Program-made: the position numbers and the translations under genes
Part shown: positions 52,456 to 64,000 of the stretch, one piece after another
Position numbering within the stretch: the first letter of the stretch is position 1
Layout: the number at the start of each line of letters is the position of its first letter
DNA from: Octopus bimaculoides
Taxonomy: Eukaryota
DNA length: 64,000 bases
Assembly (NCBI RefSeq): GCF_001194135.2
Contig: NC_068992.1
Coordinates: 10,394,506-10,458,505 of the forward strand
Direction of reading: 5' to 3'
The notes under the pieces: generated by a model
The model's database searches: none
What the model saw: only the letters and a program-made list of their open reading frames with translations
Told to the model about the DNA's origin: nothing

Positions 52456-53577
52456 CCACATGGATGTTTCGCCCCCATCATGCATCTCTGCACACAAATC
52501 TCAATAACATCATTATAATGTGTATTGACCCCTTCATCCACTTTGTCTCTTTTTTTTGCCTACATTTTGATTTGATATTCGTTTTAGAAATAATTGTCCC
52601 CATCCAGCTCACAAGATTCTGTTTATGCTTCAATCCTGCTCATAAACCCAAACGAGTTTGACTTACTTGTTTTAGATTGTTGAAACAGGGAGTGTTTACA
52701 CAGCTTCACAACAACAAGGTTTTATAGCAGCCATAAAGCTACAATTATATTTTATTGCTTTGGTGGGAGTGTATATATGATTATATTAACCACAATGCTT
52801 GATTTGTCATTTTATTTTGTGTATCAACTCATGAAGTATGAAAGGTAAATTTGGACGCACAAACTTAAAGAGCTTTAGAACTTAAAGAGATGTAATTAAA
52901 TACAGCAAGAGTGTTTTGTCCGATGCATTGTAGATCCTGCCAATCCACAATTGTACCGTAACAATGATATTTCTTAGTAGAGAGTAGATACCAGAAACTT
53001 TATGTTGCGTATGTTTAACTTTTGTCATCATAATGATATCCCAGAAACGTTTTTAAAAGACTATACAGCAAGTATCCCTCTGAAAAAGAAGCTGAGCATT
53101 TTATTGAACTGGAATTATTGGCAGAATGCCTTAGCAAGTTGTCTGCGAAGCTGGACTCTTGCCAAGGAATTCATCAAGAGAAACGTAAGTGTTGGTGAGT
53201 GTGTGTTAGTATGTGTGAGGGAAGGTGCACGTTTGTGTGTGTCTGTCTTTATATATATANNNNNNNNNNATATATATGTATAGATAGATGTAGATATAGA
53301 CATAGATATTTTTTTTTACTGTAAAGTGTTCAGTGAGTATTTTGTGTTGTTTCTAAGGCTACACATTTTTTGTGCTCTAACTAGTATTTATTGAAGCAAA
53401 AAGGAAAAAAAAAAAAAAATTTGGTAATGCTAATCATGGGGATAATAATGATAATGATAATAATATTATAATAATAATGATGATATTAACAACAATAATA
53501 AAAATGTTTTCTTCAATTACCCTGAGGACTTCAACAAGAACATTATAAAAAGTAATTTATATATACATACATCGTTT

Positions 53578-53753
53578 ATCATCATCATCGTTTAACGTCC
53601 GCTTTCCATGCTAGCATGGGTTGGACGATTTGACTGAGGACTGGTGAAACCGGATGGCAACACCAGGCTCCAGTCTGATTTGGCAGAGTTTCTACAGCTG
53701 GATGCCCTTCCTAACGCCAACCACTCAGAGAGTGTAGTGGGTGCTTTTACATG

Positions 53754-53756
<3 letters not shown>
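53578..53756 (-). mobile_element. young 5'-truncated RTE tail abutting (TA)n
   Basis: near-identical to 20290-20472 and 48712-48880. Confidence 0.9.
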
Positions 53757-53832
<76 letters not shown>

Positions 53833-55361
53833 AGCATACATACACATATATACATATATATGAATGTATGAATACATGTGCAAATACACACACAAATGTG
53901 TGTGTATATACATATATATGTTCATATACATATATATAAAGCACGGTCATTTTAATCCACACATTCCTACATACATGCATACACACACACACACATTTGA
54001 TATATTTGTAAGTGTCAGTTTTCATATGAGATTTGCTAATAGTTACCGTTGTTTTGTCCACTTCCCTGATCTTAGAGGAAAAATTTCAGATAAGGGAGAA
54101 TTCCTTGCCTATGTCATTCATTACCTCACTCCTTAACTTAATTATTTAAATTTTTGCTATTAGTTTATCAGATTCATTTCCCTTAGTTCATTTTATTATT
54201 TCATTATGCAAATCATACTGGCCAAAATCTTTCTCTCTTTATTTTCCTATATTTTAAAAACTTGTTGTGAATAACGGACAGAGTCAAGACTATTGCAAAG
54301 GTTGCAAGATGCAATGAAAATTTTAGGAAAATAAAAATAATAAGTGGAAAATTTAACGGTGAGTGTGTTAAATTTTAAGGCACGAAAAGAAAATGACTCT
54401 GCCCAGACACAACAGAATACGCACACACACACACACACACACACATACATATATATNNNNNNNNNNNNNNNNNNNNNNNNNNNNNNNNNNNNNNNNNNNN
54501 NNNNNNNNNNNNNNNNNNNNNNNNNNNNNNNNNNNNNNNNNNNNNNNNNNNNNNNNNNNNNNNNNNNNNNNNNNNNNNNNNNNNNNNNNNNNNNNNNNNN
54601 NNNNNNNNNNNNNNNNNNNNNNNNNNNNNNNNNNNNNNNNNNNNNNNNNNNNNNNNNNNNNNNNNNNNNNNNNNNNNNNNNNNNNNNNNNNNNNNNNNNN
54701 NNNNNNNNNNNNNNNNNNNNNNNNNNNNNNNNNNNNNNNNNNNNNNNNNNNNNNNNNNNNNNNNNNNNNNNNNNNNNNNNNNNNNNNNNNNNNNNNNNNN
54801 NNNNNNNNNNNNNNNNNNNNNNNNNNNNNNNNNNNNNNNNNNNNNNNNNNNNNNNNNNNATATATATATATATAAAATTCCATACTTGTGTTTATACATG
54901 TGCAACTGTACTAACATGCATACATACATACACATGTGTGCACACATGCATGTGCATGTGCACACATATGCACACACACACACAAGATTTACGTTGCTTA
55001 CTTGATAAGGTTTTTCTTATTCATAGATTTTTTTTTCTGAAACAAGGAATATCAGCTGTCTCGGTTATTTTTATGGGCTTTTGTTTTGTTTCTTCTTTTT
55101 TTTTTTTACTTTCAGTTATTACTCTAAATAAAATGTCTTTCAGAAAAATGATAAAGAAATAGATTTTTGTCATCCCCACCCTTCCTCCTGCTCCCCCTTA
55201 TTGGTGTTTCAAATGACATTTTTATTTACTTTTTTATCTATCTAAATTTTTTCATCTATCAATGATATATATTTCCTGTTGAAAACAATAGATTATAGTA
55301 TCATCATCATCATCATCATCATTATCATCATTATTATTCTTGTTGTTATTGTTGTTGTTGT

Positions 55362-55520
55362 TATTAAGGTGGCAAGTTAATAGAGTCGTTAGCACATCAA
55401 ATAATGTGCTTAGTGGCATTTTTTTTTTTTTTTGCTCTTTGCATTCTAAGTTCTAGTTATGCTGAGGTCATCATTACTTTTCATCTTTTGGGGGCTTAAT
55501 GAAATAAATACTCTTTGGAG
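55362..55520 (+). mobile_element. SINE family B
   Basis: TATTAAGGTGGCAAG...GTCGTTAGCAC...GCTTAGTGGCATTT...CATTCTAAGTTC. Confidence 0.7.
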
Positions 55521-55819
55521 TGAGACGACTTACAAAGGTCATGTGAATTCCTGCTGCTGCTGCTGCACTTCTCATAAATGCGTGCACATTTATAATTGTT
55601 CAAATGATAACTTGTTCTACCTGCTCATTGAATTAGCATGTGTCTGGCTGAGTATTCCACAGCGATGTGTGCCCTTAATGTAATTCTCATGCAGAATCTG
55701 TGGTTGTGTAAGAAAACTGAAACTTTGAATTACAGGTACAATCCGTTCAGTAAGCTTCAGTACAGTTTCCGTCTACCCAGTTTCACTCATAAAACTATAG
55801 TGAAAAAGAAAAGACATTA

Positions 55820-56070
55820 TTAACATTATTTACAATTGACAGATATTTGTCCTCATCTTGTTTGTTATTAACACAACGTTTCGGCTGCTATACCCTCCAG
55901 CCTTCATCAAGTGTCCTGGGGAAATTTCAAACCTGGGTTCTCCTTCCAAAAGTATTATTCAATGTTATCATTATTATTATTTTTGTTATTATTATTCAAG
56001 TCACTACCTGTAATCGAACTCAGAATCTTGGGGTTAGTAGCCCATGCTCTTAACCACTACGCCATATGCC
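55820..56070 (-). mobile_element. tRNA-headed, hammerhead-containing SINE/retrozyme-like element
   Basis: minus: GGCATATGGCGTAGTGGTTAAGAGC (A-box 56054-56064)...GAGTTCGATTAC (B-box 56010-56021), (AAT)n linker, then HHR motif; body also at 1841-1930. Confidence 0.7.
55871..55914 (-). ncRNA. minimal type I hammerhead motif with C3U substitution
   Basis: minus: ACAC TTGATGA A GGCTG-gagggtatag-CAGCC GAAA CG TT GTGT; stem I ACAC/GTGT, stem II 5 bp, palindromic AACGTT stem III. Confidence 0.75.
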
Positions 56071-56518
56071 TGTGGGCGTAGTGGTTAAGAGCGACTTCCT
56101 GGAGAGAGTACCAGTCCAGCATGACCAGCTGACAAAGCACTTCCCACTTTGCATTAGAGTCTTTGCTAATACTGTTGAACCTATTTGTGGACAGTTGACT
56201 GAGCCATATGTGTGTTGACTGTCTGACCATGGAGATTGTCAGAAAAAGGCAACAGTTACAAGACACAAACCTCTAACTTGTCAACTATTTTAATGATACA
56301 CTATCCACTTGGCAATCTGCAGCATTCTGTATCACAGGGGTAGGGTATGCATATAGAGGGTAGGGGTTGCTTGTCTGAATTGATAGAGTATTGTTTTAAT
56401 ATCCTCTTTGCCATTGGCTATTCTACATTATTGATATTTATTCTTCACTGGGGACTTTTCCATTACTGTTTTCCCAGTAATGCAACTGACTTGCTTAAGT
56501 ACAAATGTTTGTTTTATA

Positions 56519-56590
<72 letters not shown>

Positions 56591-56634
56591 TTTTCATTTA
56601 TATGTGTATTTGTATGTTTTGTTTATGCACACGT

Positions 56635-56780
56635 ATTTCATCATCATCGTTATCATCAATATAATCATCATCATTTTAATGCAATCTTTCCATGCTTGCT
56701 TGGGTCTGACAGAGATTGTTGAAGTAGATTTTCTACAGCTGGATGCCCTTCCCGTCACTAATCCTTACCTGTTTTCCCCA
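56635..56780 (-). mobile_element. RTE tail copy
   Basis: (CAT)n...TTTCCATGCTTGCTTGGG...TTTCTACAGCTGGATGCCCTTCC. Confidence 0.75.
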
Positions 56781-57673
56781 TAGTAAAGCATGTTTTGACA
56801 TAAGCATGGAAGTGCACCACTGCTTGCAACAGTGATGCTTGTTTTCAGTTACTCTGCAACGTCAAGGCAAGGAGACACACACACACATGCATACATACAT
56901 AAATATAAATTTTCAAATTTGCTGTATTGATGTACATTTGCATGCTGAATCTGATTTTGAGATTCATTTATTCCAGAAAAATTTTAGGAAAAGGTTGCAT
57001 AGATTGAAAGTTGATAATTTTTACCCAATCAGAAAACAGGATTTGGAAGCTAGCCCTTTTTTGCATGATAGCTGTTTATCATAAAATGAAAGTAAACAGT
57101 ACAGTAATGTAGTTTTAATTGAAATGAAAACAATTACATGTCTTAACAAAAGGTGGAGATGCAGCATGTGTGAGAGGTATTCATATACAGAGAGAGGGGA
57201 AAGGCATAAAAGAGAGAGAGAGAGAGAGAGAGTCTGATGTCAACAGGTAGAGTGTGGGAGATTAATTGATCTAAAAGTTGAGCTATTGCTCATAGAAAAT
57301 TAAACGTTTTGACTAATTATAACTGAATACCTTGTTTTGGGGACACATTTCAAAAACTAAATCCATTTTTCTCACTTTCCTGGCAGCTATCACTCCTTCA
57401 AGTTTTTTTTTTTTTTTTTGCTTGTTTGGCAAGTGATGTGACACTTCATAGAATCTTCCTCTGAACTTCCCCCATGAGCGAATTCTATATTTATTTGACA
57501 ACACCCTCAAACCAGATGTGACACACATCGGCCTCCTTTAAAAGAGAGCCGTTACTAAATTTTCCATACTGACCGCTCCGAAGAACACATTCACAGATAA
57601 TCAATTAATCACCACCTTACATGTGTATATATAATAAATATATTCAAGAAGCTAATATATATTTTATAATATA

Positions 57674-57705
<32 letters not shown>

Positions 57706-57741
57706 AGTCAGTAAATAGTGGAGTTGTGTTATATTTTCAAT

Positions 57742-57815
57742 TGGCCGGATAACTGAAGAGATGTTGGCGTGGACTCCCACCCTGGCATCCGAAACTCAGA
57801 GTTTTATCATGGCTA
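57742..57815 (+). ncRNA. type I hammerhead ribozyme, canonical core
   Basis: TGGCC-G-GATAA CTGAAGA GATGTTGG-C-GTGG-actc-CCAC-C-CTGGCATC C GAAA CT-cag-AG TT | TTATC-AT-GGCTA; predicted cleavage GUU after 57803. Confidence 0.8.
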
Positions 57816-57848
57816 CTGAATAAGTGTCACATGTTTTTACAGATATAT

Positions 57849-57882
<34 letters not shown>

Positions 57883-57888
57883 GTATGT

Positions 57889-58293
57889 AGGTGGGGCTGT
57901 GTGGTAAGAAGTTTGCTTCCCACCCACAAGGTTTCAGGTTCAGTGCCATTGTGTGGGACCCTGGGCTAGCGTCTTCTACTATAGCCTCGGGCCAACCAAA
58001 GCCTTGTGAGTGGATCTGACAGACGGAAACTGAAAGAAGCCTGTCGTATATATGTGTGTGTATATGTATGTGTGTGCGTGTGTGTGTTTGTGTCAGTGTT
58101 TGTCCTTGCACCATCATTTGACAACCAATGTTGATGTGTTTACGTCCCTGTAACTTAGCAGTTTGGCAAAGAGGCCGATTGAATAAGTATTAGGCTTACA
58201 AACAATACATTCTGTGGTTGATTTGTTTGACTAAAGGTGGTGCTCCAGCATGGCTGCAGTCAAATGGCTGACACAAGTAACAGAATAAAAGAA
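57889..58293 (+). mobile_element. full-length composite SINE family C
   Basis: head GGCTGTGTGGTAAGAAGTTTGC, core, internal (TG/TA)n, 3' module ending GACACAAGTAACAGAATAAAAG. Confidence 0.85.
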
Positions 58294-58309
58294 TATATAT
58301 ATATATATG

Positions 58310-58369
58310 ATATATATACATCATCATCATCATCATCATCGCGGACGTTAAACGATGATGATGATGATG

Positions 58370-58384
<15 letters not shown>
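58310..58384. other. perfect 32-bp inverted repeat around the terminal 11 nt of the RTE tail
   Basis: ATATATATA(CAT)7CG-CGGACGTTAAA-CG(ATG)7TATATATAT. Confidence 0.9.
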
Positions 58385-58422
<38 letters not shown>

Positions 58423-59720
58423 TTATGCCTGTGTGTGTGTGTAGTTAAGTGTTTTGTCATTTCTCTCTCATTTTCCTATTAGCTGGATGTGATAATAACA
58501 GTTCTGATATATATAATATCAATAATTTCATCATCAGGAATCTCAAACTATTGGTCATTTAAATCTCAACAGATTAACAGACTACCTTGTCTGAGGAAAC
58601 ATGAAGAAAAGGCAAAAAGAAAAGAAAAAAATATGAATAAAATATATACAAAATAATGAAGTAAAAATAAAATGAAATAAAAAATATATAATTTTAGAAA
58701 ACAAACCCAAGTCAAATCACAAAGTAAATAATTACCTTTTTTCTTTCTTTTCTTTTATTTCTTTTGTCTTAATATTGGCATTTCAAATGAGTCCACTATA
58801 TTTTCAGAGTCATTGTTTAACCTAACTTAATACTCACCAGAATTATTCTTCATAAATGCCAAAAATCCCAGGAGAAGTTATTTATTTATTGCCTCTTACT
58901 ATAGTCTGTTAAATACTTTCTCCGTTTTTTTTTGTTTTGTGTTTTTTTTCTTTATGTTTTTCCTATACAGTATATAAAACTAAAACCAAAAACTAAAACA
59001 GTAAAAAGTAAAAAAAGTATCGATGTTTTTCAGATTATTGAAATAAACTTGATTTTATATTATTATTTAATCTTTTCTTAGTTTTGTAAATGTTTGTTCA
59101 TATTAACACATAGGGTTGCACTAGTCTGCAAAGTTTTGATATTTCTGTTGTTGTCAGCTCAGATTGAACAGGTTTGTGACCAAAAATATTCCATCCATGG
59201 CCATCTTGTACTTTAGGGTTGCAGGGAGGTCTTCTGCATATTGTATTTGTGACTACAGCAGGTCTTCATTCATTTTCAAGGTAGCAAGATATGTGTTTAG
59301 GTAAATCTAACTGTTGTTTCTACTCAAGTGATCGCATAGAATCTCCCTAATTTTCTCAAATCCCCAAGGTTCCTTAACCCCACTTCCCATGAACATCAAA
59401 CAAATGCATCTGTAGTTGTGACTGAAAAAACATTTGCTTTCCTTGCATCATAATGCAACATTATATGCTTTCATTTGCCCTCTATATTAGTGAAGTTGAT
59501 TCAGACATCACCAAAACCAGGCCTTTTTCATGCAAACACAAATGCTCATAGAGAAAAGGTAAACCTCTTTCAAAGGTAACACACGAAATAAACACTACAA
59601 TTAAGGTGTCTCTACCACATGTTCTTTGTGTATTCCACTCATTTCCTTCGGGTTTCTCTAATTGTAACTGGGTCCTTAGAATAAAAGCTGTTCCTGCTTT
59701 ATCAGAATACTAACAAGATA

Positions 59721-60262
59721 TTTTCATGTTAACCAGCATTTTAATGTTAACAGCCTTTCAATGTTTATTAGTCTTCCAATGTTAACCAATCTTTTAGTGT
59801 TTACCAGTGTTTCTAAGTTAACTAGACATTTAGTGTTTACCAACTTTTCAACATTAACCAGCCTTTCAATGTTAACCCGGTTTTCAACGTTAACCAGCTT
59901 TACAATGTTTATCAGTCTTTCAATGTTAAATAATATCCCATTGTTTACTTGCCTTTTAATGTTATCAATGCTTAAAATGCTTATCAATGTTTGCCAGCCT
60001 TCCAATGATAACAACCTTGTCTATGTTTACCAGCTTTTCAGTGTTTACTAGTTTTACAATGTTGACCAGTCTTCGTATGGTTAACAGTCTTTCAATGTTT
60101 ACAAGTATTTTTTCCATCCATTCAATGTTTACTTGCTTTGCAGTGTTTACTAGTTTTTTCAGTGATAACCTGCCTTTCTATTGTTACCAGCTTTCCAAAG
60201 ATAACCTGCTTTCAATGTTTACCAGTATTTTAATGTTTACCAGCGTTTCTATGTTTACCATG
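59721..60262. repeat. diverged 18-bp minisatellite, consensus ~TTTCAATGTTTACCAGCT, about 30 units
   Basis: period visible by eye; hexapeptide repeats (NIERLV on minus, SMLTSL on plus). Confidence 0.85.
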
Positions 60263-60624
60263 TTTAACATTATATAGATGACATCTGACTTGTTTCTCTC
60301 CAGCCTCTACAAGTCCTCCATTCTCAATACCTGTGCCTCTCTGCTTTGCATGAAAACAAACACCTTTTGCACAGGCTTTTCACAGTCTAATTCCACACCA
60401 AGGATTCATCTTTTATCACCAACAAAGGTACAAAATCACTGAATTTCCTCCTCTTTCTTACACTCATTACTCTACTTTCACTACTAATTGTTGTTGTTGT
60501 TGTTGTTGCATTGTTTAGTCCCAGACCATCTTTTATTGATCAGACCATACAGTCCAAGAAAATATCAGCTGTGGCCATTCTGGTTTATTTTCAAACATGG
60601 TATCACGATTTTCACCCTTTTTTT

Positions 60625-60850
60625 TTATTTTTATCTTTTACTTGTTTCAGTCATTGGACTGCAGCCTTGATGGGGCACCACCTTGAAAGGGGTTTTAGTT
60701 GAATGAACCAACCCCTGTACTTATTTTTAAATCTGGTACTATTCTATAACTGCTAAGTTATGAGGACATAAATAAATCAACACCGATTATTAAGCAGCGA
60801 TGAGACAAATACAAACGTAAAGATATGCATGCCTACACACACATGCTCAT

Positions 60851-60907
<57 letters not shown>

Positions 60908-61030
60908 GGGCTTCTTCCACACTGGTTCTGTTCACCAAATTCACTCACATGTTTGTCCAAGATGCTGTACAGCAGGAGATTGAATTGAAACTGTGTGGTT
61001 GTGAAGCAAGCTTTTTAACCACTCAGCCAT
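60625..61030 (-). mobile_element. composite SINE family C, old, with internal (CA)n
   Basis: TTTTACTTGTTTCAGTCATTGGACTGCAGCC...(CA)n...CACCAAATTCACTCAC...TTAACCACTCAGCCATG. Confidence 0.75.
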
Positions 61031-61654
61031 GTCTTCTGCATATCTAAAAATGTCAAGTATAATCAGAAATTCGTTATCAAATGTGTTCTTCCATTTAGAA
61101 GACTAACATGTGATTTGAGTAAGATTTGCCTGTTATTTCTTGCCGAGACTCAGTTGATGTCTTTTCCAAAACTAATTCTGAAGCTTAGATTACGCAAATC
61201 TCCTATATTTACTGAGATATCCGAACAGTTCATGGACTTCATTTCATAAATGCTAACTACTCTCTACTCTTGTGCCTGTCCTTATTCTTTGTCAGTCTGT
61301 TAAAGATACTGGTGGCTTCGCTTTTGGCAGTATTGAATTTTTCCATTGAGTGCAAAGTAACAAATTCTTATCAACATCCTTTCTGCATATTGATCAAATC
61401 CACTTCTGAGATAACACTGGGTTTTGTGTTCCTTGCCACTAATTAGTAGCTTCATGTTTCCCATGCTGGCTTTTATGCCATTTTGCTTTTAGACTATTCT
61501 TCCACATTTCAAACATTCTCTGCATATCTAAGAATATCAAGTATAATAAAAAATTTGTTATCAAATGTCTGCTCTCTTGTAGAAGACTGTAGCATATGAT
61601 TTGAGTGAAATTTGGTTGCTATTTCTTGGAGATAAGGCAATCTACCCAGAGACA

Positions 61655-61745
61655 CACATTTCCATGCTTGCATTGGTTGGATTCAGATTTTTATTGTGGC
61701 AGATTATCTTCAGCTGGATGCCCTTCTTGATGTGAACCTTCTCTT
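61655..61745 (-). mobile_element. RTE tail fragment
   Basis: TTTCCATGCTTGCATTGGTTGG...CAGCTGGATGCCCTTC. Confidence 0.65.
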
Positions 61746-61964
61746 GTTTCAAAGCAATATATTTTTTTCAAGGCTAGACATGTTCTAGCAGGATATTGGA
61801 AGTGAATGACACTTCTCTGACAGCGACAATCCTTTATAACTATCACACAATGTTAAGATAAGGAGACACCCTTACACATACACATATCTCTCTCTCTCTC
61901 TCTACATACATACATACATACATATGTGTGTGAGTTAAATAAAATGAGATAACAAAGTCAAGGT

Positions 61965-62270
61965 TGTGTGGAATTTGCAGGACATTGCAGCACTTAGTTT
62001 CATGGGTCCTCTCAAGCACAGCACATCGCCAAAGGTCTCAGTCACTAGTCATTGCCTTTGTGAAACTCAAAGTTCAAAGATGCTTCACCACCTCATCCCA
62101 TGTCTTCCTGGGTCTACAGTTAGAGATCGGCACTTCGTTACATGGCTGTTCTCATCCATATGCATCACATGATCATACCAGTACAGTAATCTCTCTTGCA
62201 CACCACATCTGATGCTTCTTTTGCCTGACTTTTCTCTCAAGATGCTGACACTCTCTGTCGAACATGCACA
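61965..62270 (-). mobile_element. RTE LINE ORF2 C-terminus
   Basis: VSILREKSGKRSIRCGVQERLLYWYDHVMHMDENSHVTKCRSLTVDPGR; homologous to 19380-19670. Confidence 0.85.
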
Positions 62271-63179
62271 CTGACATTGCATATGGTTGGCTGCCCTTTG
62301 TAACACGGAACACATTACAGTGTGTATTTGGGTGCTTTTTTTTTTTGTGTCACCAGCACTAGTGAGGTTGCCAAGTAAGTAAGTTGCAAGACAGAAAAAG
62401 GGCAAAGTCCTACCCTCCCTGACTAAGTGCAATGGAGTATTAGGGACAGGGAAGTGGCTTTATGTCAAGTGCTGAAAGGTTAAAGTATGACAGAGGCACA
62501 AGCACAGGTGTCTTGCTGTAGAGGAGATACATGGCTACTGTACATTATATATGAGTGAGTAGTTGTAACTGGAAAGCAGATGAAGAAGATAAAGATAGTA
62601 ATGGTAGGGTGCCAGAGCAAATTCTAAAGGTACAAGAAGGTGAGCATAGGAGTGGAGGAAAGGGAGGGTTAGTAATTTCATAAGAATGTGAGGAGATAGC
62701 ATGATATCGTATGAAGCTGACGACAGTATATTACCAGGAGACAACAACCACATCACCACGCAACTACTGCAGCATAACCACCACAACACAGCCACCACAC
62801 TATACCAGTGAAGCGCACCACCAGAATCTGCCACAGACAAATTTCTTTCACAGCTTAATCTGTTAATACAAATGATAAATTGCATAACCATAACCTGTGA
62901 TTCTTTTGCTGCTAACCATATTTATTCATTGATTAATCCATCAGCGGGGCTATTGGTTGCATGTAATATTCCATCGATCCCCTATCTTCAATAAACTGGC
63001 CCTTTGATTAAATTCACGCCTACAAATTATTGTTTTTGATGATTCTCTACGACAAACGCTTGCAATATTGTCATGGTTTACTTCCATACTGAATCGTAAG
63101 GTTTAATCTTCTACCAACACCTAATTGATGGGTTCCTTTGAACCAGTTAAATATTGCCAAAATATGTAGCTATCTGAGG

Positions 63180-63258
63180 ATATATGTATATATATATATA
63201 TATATATCTGAATGGGTTTGTGTATATTTATGTGTATGCGGTAGATAGAAAGAGAGAG

Positions 63259-63316
<58 letters not shown>

Positions 63317-63441
63317 GGAAAGAGGAGAATGGGGAGACAGTTAGAGAATGAGTATGTGCTTACATGTGTGTATTCGTATGTGTGTATTTCTTTCAGGAAG
63401 CATTTACATATATCACCATCATACATACATACATACATGCA

Positions 63442-63477
<36 letters not shown>

Positions 63478-63552
63478 TCTATATATATGTGTGTGTGTGT
63501 GCACGTATAAATACATGCATATACTCATATATATGTACATGAGTGTGTGCAT

Positions 63553-63592
<40 letters not shown>

Positions 63593-63958
63593 GTATATAT
63601 GTATATATATATACATATATATATACATTCTTACATATATATATATATATATATCATACATATATATATATATATATATACATACATATATATATATGTA
63701 TATTATTGTATATGTTTGTGTATATACACATGTGTATATATATATATGTGTATATATGTATATTATTGTATGTGTGTGTATATATATGCAGTTATATTCA
63801 CATATGCATGCATAATGTGTTATGCACATATATTCACATGAAACTCTTGGCCCTTGAATCACTCTGCCAACTATTAATAAAATCTATATACATAGATATG
63901 CAGAAATATGTATACATTTACATGTGCATTTATATACATACATACATACACACGCAAA

Positions 63959-64000
<42 letters not shown>
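63180..64000. repeat. compound (TA)n/(GA)n/(CATA)n/(CA)n microsatellite field
   Basis: seen directly. Confidence 0.9.

Noticed and set aside
55996-56070. tRNA gene
   Set aside because: Has A/B boxes and a GGG-CTACTAA-CCC arm, but acceptor and T stems do not pair properly; treated as a SINE-type head.

Overview
Repeat-dominated, gene-poor eukaryotic DNA from a gapped short-read assembly; almost every N-run is flanked by (TA)n, (CA)n or (GA)n. The SINE/LINE repertoire and microsatellite density resemble an Octopus (cephalopod) genome, but this is recalled pattern recognition, not a search result. I find no convincing host protein-coding exon: nearly all listed ORFs are microsatellite or N-gap artefacts. 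The real coding signal is decayed transposon protein: RTE-clade LINE C-termini (several families), two R4/Dong-type restriction-like-endonuclease fragments, Penelope-like (RT thumb + GIY-YIG) remnants and a Helitron Pif1-helicase C-terminus. Several SINE families recur; I label them B, C and Meta-like for convenience. The most interesting signal is a set of at least four sequence-unrelated hammerhead-ribozyme (HHR) motif families: an apparently intact type I HHR (57742-57815); a minimal HHR downstream of a tRNA-derived Pol III head (55820-56070); twin HHRs in a ~260-bp palindrome (32757-33018); and a 158-bp tandem of degenerate minimal HHRs (35544-35800). Together they suggest a Penelope/retrozyme ecosystem. 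Coordinates of old repeats are approximate; all folds and translations were done by eye.
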